Positions 16,358 to 24,000 of a stretch of DNA of 24,000 nt are shown here, piece after piece. Origin of the DNA: Candidatus Calditenuaceae archaeon (lineage in GTDB: Archaea > Thermoproteota > Nitrososphaeria_A > Caldarchaeales > Calditenuaceae); assembly GCA_025058055.1 (NCBI GenBank), contig JANXEU010000002.1, forward strand, positions 23,851 to 47,850, in the 5' to 3' direction. The notes below the pieces were generated by a model. That model had not been told where the DNA came from. It saw nothing but the letters and a program-made list of their open reading frames with translations, and made no database searches. Positions within the stretch are counted from its first letter, which is position 1. Each line of letters starts with the position of its first letter. Position numbers and translations under genes: made by a program.

Positions 16358-17542
16358 GTGCCCTCATTGCCGTACTACGTCGTCCTCTGGTTGGTGATGC
16401 TTTTCGGATGGATAACGAACTACGTCTGCAGGATCATAGTGGCTCCCGGTGTTCCTGACATAATGCGAGAGTACGGAACCTCTTATGAGGTTACCGGTCT
16501 CGGCCTCATGACCGTTCTGTTGGTCGGATACTTCACGATGCAGCTGCCTGCGGGTCTGATAGGAGATCGATTCGGCAGGAAGAGGGTTCTGGTCCTAGGG
16601 CCCGTGCTGTGGGGAACTGCAACGATTGCTGCCGCTCTGGCTCCCTCCTTTCAGCTACTGGCTGTCTCGAGGTTCTTCAAGGGACTTGCCATGGGAACTT
16701 ACTTCGGAAACGACCGCCCGGTCGTTGCGGCTCACACACCGAAGGAGAAGATGGGGATAGGTCAAGGAGTCTCCTTCTCCGGACTCGGAATAGGGATGGG
16801 GCTCGGCATAATGCTTGGCGGTGTAATGACTGAAGCCCTCGGATGGCGAACTACCCTGATGTTAGTCTCCCTGCCGCCCTTTTTAGCGAGCGCCTTGCTG
16901 TTGAAGTTCGTCAAGGAGCCACCGGCGTCCTCGTCCTCGCATAAAGTTTCTAAGGCTTCTATCGGAGAGGTCTTCAGGAACAGGGACTTGTGGTTGCTGA
17001 ACTTCGCGGCCTTCTGCTCACTCTTCTCACTCTGGTCCGTCCTTTGGCTTCCCACGGTCTTCAGGGAGGAGGGCATCGAGACCGAGTGGGCCTCTGTTCT
17101 CTCCTCGCTCTTCGGGTTCGCGAGTCCGTTCGGACTCATGTTCAGCGGTTTCGTCTCGGACATGCTAGTGCGACGAGGCATCGGAAGGAAGGCGTGGCTC
17201 GGAACGTCGATCGTTCTGCACGGCCTCCTCTGGTCCCTGTTCGGGTATGCGTTGAGCATGAGGGCTCCTCTCTGGGTTTTGATGGTGCTCGTCTTCGGCG
17301 CAGGGTTCTGGCAGTGGGGTCTCTGGTCGCCAATGTACGCGATCATCGCAACGATGGTGCCTGCCGGTGTCATGGGAACGGCGTACGGTTTGAACAACTT
17401 CGTCGGCCAGATGGGTGGCGTCTCTCCGTGGATAATCGGGTGGATAAGAGACCTGACAGGTAGCTTCATTCCTGCATACTACGTCGTAGGCGCGATCGCG
17501 ATTGTGGGAGGTTGCAGCGCCTTGTTGGTCAGAAGAAGGTAA
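16358..17542 (+). CDS. Major facilitator superfamily transporter
   Basis: 394 aa, about 12 hydrophobic segments; QLPAGLIGDRFGRKRVLVLGPVLWG (MFS loop 2-3 motif), SDMLVRRGIGRKAWLG, GLNNFVGQMGGVSPWIIGWIRD. Confidence 0.88.
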   Translation: MPSLPYYVVLWLVMLFGWITNYVCRIIVAPGVPDIMREYGTSYEVTGLGLMTVLLVGYFTMQLPAGLIGDRFGRKRVLVLGPVLWGTATIAAALAPSFQLLAVSRFFKGLAMGTYFGNDRPVVAAHTPKEKMGIGQGVSFSGLGIGMGLGIMLGGVMTEALGWRTTLMLVSLPPFLASALLLKFVKEPPASSSSHKVSKASIGEVFRNRDLWLLNFAAFCSLFSLWSVLWLPTVFREEGIETEWASVLSSLFGFASPFGLMFSGFVSDMLVRRGIGRKAWLGTSIVLHGLLWSLFGYALSMRAPLWVLMVLVFGAGFWQWGLWSPMYAIIATMVPAGVMGTAYGLNNFVGQMGGVSPWIIGWIRDLTGSFIPAYYVVGAIAIVGGCSALLVRRR

Positions 17543-17689
17543 GGGTCAAGTGGAGTCCTTCTCTAATCTGGGGTCCTTTGAGTAAGGTGAACTGCTCAAC
17601 GCGTACTTGAGGTGGGAGCGCAGAGCCTTTCAAAGCACTTATGAACGGATCACGTGCAATGAAGTCCTCGAAAACCTCAACTTACCGTC

Positions 17690-18310
17690 TCAGACGCTGC
17701 CCTTCGTCGACCTCCCGTAAGCGTAGCGAGGGTTCGTCGACCACGCGTGTCTTAGAGCCAAGGCTAAAGCCTTGAAGGCCGCCTCTACCTTGTGATGATC
17801 GTTGTACCCTCTTAAGACCTCGACGTGTGCGACCGCGGGGACGTTGATCACCACCGATTCGATGAAGTGAACCAGATCCTCCGCTGCTACGTCCTCGACC
17901 CGCGTGCCAGTGAGCTTCAGATCGACTCTCACGTAGGCCCTCCTCACTAAGTCAACCGCGACGCTTGCGATGCTCTCGTCCATGGGGACAAGCGCGTGAC
18001 CGAACCTGTTGATGCCCTCGCGCTCGCCGAGCGCTTCACCGATGGCCTTACCAAGCGTTATGGCCGTGTCCTCGACGCCGTGGTGGACGAGGTCCCACTT
18101 CACCGAGACCCTCATATCAGAAAGGCTGTGAAAAGCCAGCTGGGCCAGCATGTGGTCGAGGAACTTCAACCCCGTGCTGCCCTCGAAGAGGCCCTGGCCG
18201 TCGAGCGAGATCGACACCTCCACCTCTGTCTCCGACGTCTTCCTAGAGCAGCTGCCGAACCTCCCAGTGGTCAACCCATCCGAGTTCCAACTCGGTGGAT
18301 ATAGGTTCAA
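17690..18310 (-). CDS. hisB: Imidazoleglycerol-phosphate dehydratase
   Basis: RKTSETEVEVSISLDGQG, GLKFLDHMLAQLAFHSL, DLVHHGVEDTAITLGKAIGEALG, RFGHALVPMDESIASVAVDL, VLRGYNDHHKVEAAFKALALALRHA. Confidence 0.95.
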   Translation of the reverse strand: MNLYPPSWNSDGLTTGRFGSCSRKTSETEVEVSISLDGQGLFEGSTGLKFLDHMLAQLAFHSLSDMRVSVKWDLVHHGVEDTAITLGKAIGEALGEREGINRFGHALVPMDESIASVAVDLVRRAYVRVDLKLTGTRVEDVAAEDLVHFIESVVINVPAVAHVEVLRGYNDHHKVEAAFKALALALRHAWSTNPRYAYGRSTKGSV

Positions 18311-18367
18311 CGCAGGGGCGTCCTCTGGATCGTGTTGCCCAAGTTAAAGGAGGGTTCTGTTATGGTC

Positions 18368-19564
18368 TCAAGAGGAGGTGCTGGAGGAGCGAGCCTTAAC
18401 GACCTCCATCAGGCTCACGAGCTCCCTCACGTCGTGCGCTATCACGTCGGCCTTCAGCTCGATGAACTCCCTTCGTGCCGAGTCGGGATCCTCCGATAGA
18501 CCGATTATCCCAGCGAAGAGCGGCCTGACGCCGTACGACTCCGCATAGCTGCACATGTAGAGGTCCTCGGCCGAGTTGCCGACGTAGAGGACCTCACGGA
18601 CGTCTCCGAGGGCTACAACGGACTTGATGAGACCGTAGGGGCTCGGTTTAGATACGACCTCACCCAACCCGCTGCGGGACTCGTCTGAGAGGAAGACGCA
18701 CGCTCTCTCATTGAACAGGCCCATCACTTCGTTGAGCACAAGGGCCGTGGTGTAGCGCTCCCTACCTGTCACCATCCCAAGCCCCCCGATGCCGAGCTGC
18801 TCCTTGAGCTTGAGGAGCATCGCCTCGTCGACGAGCGGGGTCTCGTTCTGGAAGAGGCCCTTTCCGAGCTCGAAGTAAGGGCCTCTACCGAAGAGTTCCC
18901 GGACCACCATCGGGCCGTAGTAGAGGTCGTCGAAGACCGTCTCGAGCAGGTCCCTTCCGTAGACCCTACCAGTACCGATGAAGCGCTTGAAGAGCTCGTA
19001 CTCCTCGCCGATGCCTTTGTCACGGGCCTCTTCCCCAAAAACCCTCTCCAGCATCTCCCTGCTGACGTGCTTCTGCCTGTCGCCCGTGACCGACAGTATG
19101 GCGTCCTCTATGGGGATTGGGTTGAACCTTCCGAGCCGTTTAGCGTGAGATCTCCGTCTCATCATCTCTAATTCCACGGTCCGCAGAAGTTCGTCTGGGC
19201 CCTCTGAACGTTCCAGCGCACGTTCAAGGACCTCGCCGAGCTCCCTCGCGAGCGTCGTCTCCGATCCCGAGAACAGCCAGAGCAGCATTACCCATGCTGT
19301 GTCGACGTCGTTGTTGAAGCCACCGGTGCTCCTCAGCCTGTACACCACCGAGATGTCGAGCGATGTCTCAGGCACCTCGATGCCCATCGAGCGCTCCAGC
19401 ACCGTCCTCACCGACTCGATGATCGCCCTGTCGTAGGAGCCCCTCACGTCGATCAGGACGCCGTCGCAGTCGAAGATCACCGCGTCGACCTCTTTCAGCC
19501 TCTCCAGCGAGCGGAGGGCCACCAGAGCCCCCGAGACCTTCGCGTAGTTCATGATCTCTGCCAA
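18368..19564 (-). CDS. HAD-superfamily hydrolase (subfamily IA-like), possible histidine-pathway phosphatase by context
   Basis: DAVIFDCDGVLIDVRGSYDRAIIESV, LRSTGGFNNDVDTAWVMLLWL, GMVTGRERYTTALVL, KPSPYGLIKSV, VLYVGNSAEDLYM. Immediately upstream of hisB on the same strand. Confidence 0.8.
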   Translation of the reverse strand: MAEIMNYAKVSGALVALRSLERLKEVDAVIFDCDGVLIDVRGSYDRAIIESVRTVLERSMGIEVPETSLDISVVYRLRSTGGFNNDVDTAWVMLLWLFSGSETTLARELGEVLERALERSEGPDELLRTVELEMMRRRSHAKRLGRFNPIPIEDAILSVTGDRQKHVSREMLERVFGEEARDKGIGEEYELFKRFIGTGRVYGRDLLETVFDDLYYGPMVVRELFGRGPYFELGKGLFQNETPLVDEAMLLKLKEQLGIGGLGMVTGRERYTTALVLNEVMGLFNERACVFLSDESRSGLGEVVSKPSPYGLIKSVVALGDVREVLYVGNSAEDLYMCSYAESYGVRPLFAGIIGLSEDPDSARREFIELKADVIAHDVRELVSLMEVVKARSSSTSS

Positions 19565-19623
19565 CTAGAAGGTTAGCCCGTGAACAAAAATCTACCCAGA
19601 GACTTCGACCACTTGTCCCGATG

Positions 19624-20262
19624 TCATCCCGCGTACCACAGGTAAACCAAGTAGAGGCCAGCGCCGACGAGCACGATCCTCGAGAGATGGTTCGTGTATT
19701 TCATCAGCCTGCCTAACTTCTTGATGAGGCCAGCTCCGATCAGCGATGAGGCAGTCACTAAAGTTGTCAGAGGTGTAGCGACGCCCGTCGTGTAGGCCAG
19801 CACCAGCATCAGAGCGCCGTCGGGGCCCAGAGCCAGCGCATAGGTGAACAGGACTGCGAAGGTCGGAACCGCACAGCCTGCAGCTCCCAGCGAGTAGGCG
19901 GAACCTGCAAGCACGATCGCGAAGGCCCTAGGGCCCTTGAACTCGGACCCCATGAGGTTGAATCGGGGCGCGACGCCAAGTGCTCCTAACGCCACGCACA
20001 TAACCCCCGCAACCAAGTTCAGGTTCGGCATCAGGGACCTCAGCGTCTCCCTGAAGGCCAAGGAGATGGCCGTGAGGGCAGACAACGTCAGCAGGGCACC
20101 AGTCAACAAAAGCACCACTCTCATAGCTATCCTCGATGGCCGTCGGTCCAACGAGAGTCCGTATATTACGAGCGCGGGGAGGAGGGAGTAACCGCAAGGT
20201 GAGAGGGCTGTCGATAGCCCCGCTAGGAACACTAGGGTGACCGTGACGAGGTCAACGTTCAA
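19624..20262 (-). CDS. CcdA/DsbD-type cytochrome c biogenesis transmembrane protein
   Basis: AGLSTALSPCGYSLLPALVIYGL and AYSLGAAGCAVPTFAVLFTYALALGPDGALMLVLAYTTGVATPL, paired Cys-Pro TM motifs. Confidence 0.85.
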   Translation of the reverse strand: MNVDLVTVTLVFLAGLSTALSPCGYSLLPALVIYGLSLDRRPSRIAMRVVLLLTGALLTLSALTAISLAFRETLRSLMPNLNLVAGVMCVALGALGVAPRFNLMGSEFKGPRAFAIVLAGSAYSLGAAGCAVPTFAVLFTYALALGPDGALMLVLAYTTGVATPLTTLVTASSLIGAGLIKKLGRLMKYTNHLSRIVLVGAGLYLVYLWYAG

Positions 20263-21299
20263 CCGTGGGACTCCTCTATGATCTTCTTGACGGCCGATTC
20301 TAGGTCTTGTGGCGGGAAGACGCCGAACCGCTTCTCGTAGACCATCCTGCCCTTCACGTCGAACCCGAAGATCGTCTCCTGAGAGACTACCCTGAGGTCC
20401 TGCATGAACTGCAGGTTGGTGAGGATGAAGGTCCAGTCGTCCGGCAGCGAGTGTCTGGTCTTGAAATGGGCTATGTCCTGCTCGATGTCGCCGGGGTCAA
20501 AGCTCTTCACCAGCACCGTTATCGCGCCCTTGTACTTGGGGTAGACCTGAGCGAGGTTTCTAACGTTGGTGCTGCAGGTGGGGCACCAAGTCGCGAAGAA
20601 GAGCATAATGACAGGCTTACCCCTGGCCAGGACCTCGCCGAGGGTCAGCTTCCTCCCCTCGATCGTGACCAGCTCCCTGTGGAGGTAGTGGAGGTCTTCT
20701 GCGTGGGACGCGTGGTCGTGTCTTCCCATTCCGGAACTGACGGCTTCGCCCTTGAGCTTGGAGAGGTGCTCCTCCAGCAGCGCCTCCCACGACACGACCT
20801 TACCACCCCTCTTCAACGCGAAGTCTGATGCCTTGCTGATGTCCTTAAAGGCAATCAGGCCCGAGAGCATCGGTGTCCTGATGGGTGCCCCGATGACGTA
20901 CCACGCACCTGTCGAGCTGATCTGCTCTCTGGTCTCGAGGTCGTAAACGTATACGACTTCAATCCTGTTGAGCCTGAGGCCCTTCAGAACGCCTTCGCCC
21001 TCGACCTTTCCGGTACCCACCAAAAGGTATGTGAGCATGCAGCCGATGTCATCGAACTTCCTCCACCTTCCGTCGGCCAGCATGAGGGCGGAGAACCTGC
21101 TATCGTTTATGACCATCCCGCAGTACTCGCACCTGTCCGAGCCTATCCTCAGCTGCGATTCACTCGGTTCCAGAAGCTCCCTGCCCACGATGAACGCAGC
21201 ACCAAGCGCTATGGCAGCTGAGCTCGCAGCGATCAAGACCCTCCTTCGGCCTGGGTTAACGGGGTTCATGATACCACGATTACCGTCCCGGTCATCCAC
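20259..21299 (-). CDS. NosL-like copper-binding domain fused to a TlpA/thioredoxin-like domain
   Basis: N-terminal TM segment, then RIGSDRCEYCGMVINDSRFSALMLADGRWRKFDDIGCML (NosL CxYCGM pattern), then GKPVIMLFFATWCPTCSTNVRNLAQVYPKYKG (thioredoxin CPTC). Confidence 0.85.
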   Translation of the reverse strand: MDDRDGNRGIMNPVNPGRRRVLIAASSAAIALGAAFIVGRELLEPSESQLRIGSDRCEYCGMVINDSRFSALMLADGRWRKFDDIGCMLTYLLVGTGKVEGEGVLKGLRLNRIEVVYVYDLETREQISSTGAWYVIGAPIRTPMLSGLIAFKDISKASDFALKRGGKVVSWEALLEEHLSKLKGEAVSSGMGRHDHASHAEDLHYLHRELVTIEGRKLTLGEVLARGKPVIMLFFATWCPTCSTNVRNLAQVYPKYKGAITVLVKSFDPGDIEQDIAHFKTRHSLPDDWTFILTNLQFMQDLRVVSQETIFGFDVKGRMVYEKRFGVFPPQDLESAVKKIIEESHG

Positions 21300-21730
21300 G
21301 GATGCAGGTTGCAGTAGTAGTCGAACCTCCCGGCCTTGTTGAACGTGAAGGAGGCCGAGCCTCCGGGGCTGATCGACGGGTAGTTGAAGGAGCCGTCCCG
21401 GGCCACGACTGCGTGCACGACATCGTCCTCGTTGACCCAGACGACCGTGTTGTTGACGTTTATCTTGACCCTAATGGTCTGAGGGTCGAAGGTCAAGTTA
21501 GGGTTGGTCCCGGACCCCTTCGGGTTCTTCACGATCACCCTGCCCGGAGTAGGTACAGGAGTCTCCTGTCTCGGAGTGGTCCTAGGCGTCGGCGTAGGTG
21601 TCGGAGTTGTGGGTGTCGTCGGCGTCTGGGTAGGTTGGGGAGCTTCCTGCTGCGAGACCAACAAGATGTAGGCCGCTGCACCGAGGACCGCGACGAGTAT
21701 CAGAACGGATATCGCGGACGTTCTGTTCAT
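21266..21730 (-). CDS. Membrane-anchored cupredoxin (plastocyanin/halocyanin-like)
   Basis: N-terminal TM segment, Thr/Pro-rich linker, then VVWVNEDDVVHAVVARDG...FNKAGRFDYYCNLHPWMTGTVIV with His, Cys, His, Met type-1 copper ligands. Confidence 0.9.
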   Translation of the reverse strand: MNRTSAISVLILVAVLGAAAYILLVSQQEAPQPTQTPTTPTTPTPTPTPRTTPRQETPVPTPGRVIVKNPKGSGTNPNLTFDPQTIRVKINVNNTVVWVNEDDVVHAVVARDGSFNYPSISPGGSASFTFNKAGRFDYYCNLHPWMTGTVIVVS

Positions 21731-21744
21731 GTCGATCTAACCCG

Positions 21745-22797
21745 TCACTCCTCTATTATCAGTATGCCGATCATACCTGCGTCAGCGTGGGAGACGACGT
21801 GGCAGTGGAAGAGGAAGACTCCTGGCTTGGTGTAGGTCACCTCGATCGTGTCAGCGGCTCCCGGGACGAGTGGCACGACCTGAGCCGGCCAAGACCTGCC
21901 TCCCAGCACCCACTTCGACTTAAGGTCGCCGACATGGAGGTGGAAGCTGTGGTAGATGTCGCCGATGTTGACGATGTGGAACCTGATCTTCTCCCCGACC
22001 TTCGCCTTGAAGACCGGGAACGAGCTGTTGAAGAGCTTGACAACGCCCTCCAAACCCTTCAGCTGCGGGAAGATCTTGCTCTGGCCGACGTAGACCAGCT
22101 CTAGCTCAGGCTCGCCTCCGGGCAGACCCATCCCGTTCATGATGTAGAAGGGCCTCGGGCCCTCGCCGACGATGGCTCCCTGCACCGACGGTAGCTCAGA
22201 CATGAAGATCACGAACTCCCTAGCGGGCGGCTCATCGAAGTCGTAGACGATTATCGCACCGTAGAGGCCCATCAACATGTGGTCGACGATCCTGTGGCCT
22301 CCCCCGACGAGCGGTCCGCCCGAGTGGCAGTGATAGTACCAAATCCCGGCCTTGGTCGCGGGCCACTCATAGGTCCACTCTCCTCCCGGAGGTATCATCG
22401 AGCCTTTGCCGGTGCCGGTCACGAGATTGATCTGGCTGCCGTCGTGCTGGAGCTCGTAGTAGGGCATGTGCGGGTGGAGGCTGTGCGTCAGGTTGAGCTT
22501 GTTGACCGCCCTAACCCTGATCAGGTCTCCGACCTTCGCCATCAGCGTAGGACCGGGCACTGTGCCGTTGTAGGTCCATGCCTTCCAGGTCACCCCCGGC
22601 GCGATCTCGATGTTCGCCTGCTTGATCTCGATGTAGTACTCCCTCACCTGCCCTGTCTGCGCGACGGCAGGCACGCCCGCCAGCTGCTGGAGCTGCCTGA
22701 AGACGGGCGAGACGTACGGCGCCACCAGCACGCCCAACACTGCTCCCAGTGCCACGAAGATCAGGAAGCCGAGTACAATCCTGCCTCTTTCGTTCAT
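21745..22797 (-). CDS. Two-domain multicopper oxidase / NirK-like cupredoxin-domain protein
   Basis: LTHSLHPHMPYYELQHDG, AGIWYYHCHSGGPLVGGGHRIVDHMLMGLYGAIIVY (domain 1), DIYHSFHLHVGDLKSKWV, GVFLFHCHVVSHADAGMIGILII (domain 2). N-terminal signal/TM anchor. Confidence 0.88.
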   Translation of the reverse strand: MNERGRIVLGFLIFVALGAVLGVLVAPYVSPVFRQLQQLAGVPAVAQTGQVREYYIEIKQANIEIAPGVTWKAWTYNGTVPGPTLMAKVGDLIRVRAVNKLNLTHSLHPHMPYYELQHDGSQINLVTGTGKGSMIPPGGEWTYEWPATKAGIWYYHCHSGGPLVGGGHRIVDHMLMGLYGAIIVYDFDEPPAREFVIFMSELPSVQGAIVGEGPRPFYIMNGMGLPGGEPELELVYVGQSKIFPQLKGLEGVVKLFNSSFPVFKAKVGEKIRFHIVNIGDIYHSFHLHVGDLKSKWVLGGRSWPAQVVPLVPGAADTIEVTYTKPGVFLFHCHVVSHADAGMIGILIIEE

Positions 22798-22837
22798 GCT
22801 CGTATTTTCAATCGATTACCTGAAATACCTTAACAGC

Positions 22838-22871
22838 GTATAGTACTATACAATCGTATGTAATTCTATAC
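22838..22871. promoter_or_regulatory. Tandem palindromes upstream of the multicopper oxidase operon (candidate operator)
   Basis: Perfect 14-nt palindrome GTATAGTACTATAC (22838-22851) and related imperfect 16-nt GTATGTAATTCTATAC (22856-22871), centres 19 nt apart, about 41-75 nt upstream of the ATG at 22797. Confidence 0.5.
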
Positions 22872-22959
22872 ATCACCAGAAGATGGGTGGAGAAGGGCAT
22901 GTGGAGGTTGAACAGTCCGGGCGTCCTACGCTCAACGCCGTAAAATGTAAAGGATCGGC

Positions 22960-24000
22960 TCACGTGTCGCGCCTGCCGAGGGCAACCGCGTGGAACTCCA
23001 GGCCCTCCGCGACGGGCAGTGCTCCGACCAGCTCGCCGGCCCTCCTGACCACCCGCTCGCTCCCGACGACGACGTTCACCACCCTGACGAAGTCCAAGAC
23101 GGAGAGTGTGCTCCTCGAGGAGGCCCAGCCCCCGGTTGGGAGGACGTGCGATGCTCCTGCGAAATAGTCGACGGCGACGCTCACCATCCCTCTGCCCATC
23201 GTGATCACGCCGGCGTTCACGAGGTCGCTGATGAGGGGCCTTAACCTGTTCGAAGCGATAGATACGTGCTCTGGTGACAAAGCGTTGACGAACTTCATCG
23301 CCGACCTCCAGCTTTCCGAGATCATGACTGGACCGGTTCTCTCGAGGCTCACCCTTACAACACTGTCCTCCGGCAGGCTCACCGTCAGCTCCTGCAGCCT
23401 CTCGACGAGCTCATAGCTCGCCGATCGGTCCGTAGTGACGGCCAACACCAGAGTGTCCGGTGAGTGTTCAGCCTGTGCCATTATGTCCAGCGCAACCGAG
23501 TCGAGATCTGCGGCAGAATCGAAGAGGACGACGAGCTCCGTCGGTCCTGCGGCGAAGTCTATCGTTGTCTCAGTCTGAAGCAGCAGCTTCGCGGCCACCA
23601 CGTACCTGTTACCTGGCCCGACGACCTTCCTTACCGGTTCAACGGATTGGGTGCCGTAGGTAAGGGCCGCGATGGCCTGGGCCCCACCGGACCAGAGGAC
23701 TCTATCGAACCCTGCTACGTAGGCCGCAGCGAGCACCTCTCTCCTTCTCTCCTTGTCGAGTTGAGGGGGAGTGGCAAGCGTCCTGCTTTTGACACCAGCG
23801 ATTGAGGCCGGGACGCCCATCATGACAATCGTGCTGAGGTATACGGCTCTCCCTCCAGGGGCATAGCAGCCCACCGAGTCCAGCGGTCTCACCTCCGACC
23901 TGATCACCGTGCCCTCTGAGTACTTCACGGAGAAGGTTAATCTCCTGAGCCTCTCCCTTTCCAACTTAGCCACGCGCCTCGAGAGGGCCCTCAGGGCCCT
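22960..24000 (-). CDS. hisD: Histidinol dehydrogenase, N-terminus beyond the right edge
   Basis: VRPLDSVGCYAPGGRAVYLSTIVMMGVPASIAGV, VVGPGNRYVVAAK, IDFAAGPTELVVLFD, DIMAQAEHSPDTLVLAVTTD, LSPEHVSIAS, GASHVLPTGGWA. The frame stays open to 24000. Confidence 0.95.
   Translation of the reverse strand, partial: RALRALSRRVAKLERERLRRLTFSVKYSEGTVIRSEVRPLDSVGCYAPGGRAVYLSTIVMMGVPASIAGVKSRTLATPPQLDKERRREVLAAAYVAGFDRVLWSGGAQAIAALTYGTQSVEPVRKVVGPGNRYVVAAKLLLQTETTIDFAAGPTELVVLFDSAADLDSVALDIMAQAEHSPDTLVLAVTTDRSASYELVERLQELTVSLPEDSVVRVSLERTGPVMISESWRSAMKFVNALSPEHVSIASNRLRPLISDLVNAGVITMGRGMVSVAVDYFAGASHVLPTGGWASSRSTLSVLDFVRVVNVVVGSERVVRRAGELVGALPVAEGLEFHAVALGRRDT

Noticed and set aside
16990-17463. Overlapping ORFs in the MFS transporter (16609-16833 +, 16762-17469 -, 16990-17463 +)
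   Set aside because: Shadow ORFs; only frame 16358-17542 shows transmembrane pattern and MFS motifs.
21302-22833. Plus-strand ORFs antisense to the copper operon (21302-21835, 21787-22104, 22279-22833)
   Set aside because: They mirror conserved cupredoxin/MCO coding sequence and have biased, motif-free composition.
1-24000. CRISPR array, transposase or integrase
   Set aside because: No regularly spaced repeats seen, and none of the ORFs shows transposase or tyrosine/serine recombinase motifs. The island boundary claim rests only on the tRNA repeat and gene decay.

Overview
The window reads as an archaeal chromosome segment. Supporting signs are archaeal-type genes (SUI1/aIF1, Cbf5, geranylgeranyl-reductase family, F420/LLM family, PAC2 family), intron-like insertions and leaderless-looking promoters. 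Housekeeping genes on the left are a RIO2-like kinase N-terminus, ileS and tRNA-Leu(GAG). On the right are HAD, GGR-family, tRNA-Arg, LLM oxidoreductase, SUI1, GT2, PAC2, PPOX, tRNA-Thr, tmk, cbf5, MFS, hisB, HAD, a copper/redox operon and hisD. These flank an A+T-richer accessory island at about 3.79-8.17 kb. The island is bounded by a 29-bp direct repeat of the tRNA-Leu 3' end and holds mostly broken genes, plus an intact DUF4256-like ORF and an intact wHTH-nucleotidyltransferase protein. Main observations: (1) cbf5 is split into two ORFs by a 22-nt insertion that forms a near-canonical bulge-helix-bulge (BHB) motif, and its removal exactly restores [14 protein letters not shown]; (2) the tRNA-Leu-bounded island and its decayed cargo; (3) a 544-aa wHTH + nucleotidyltransferase protein next to a frameshifted MNT-domain gene, with a large inverted repeat around its own TATA box; (4) a copper/thioredoxin operon (two-domain multicopper oxidase, cupredoxin, NosL-TlpA fusion, CcdA) with tandem palindromes upstream. 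All family names come from recognising motifs by eye; no database search was run.
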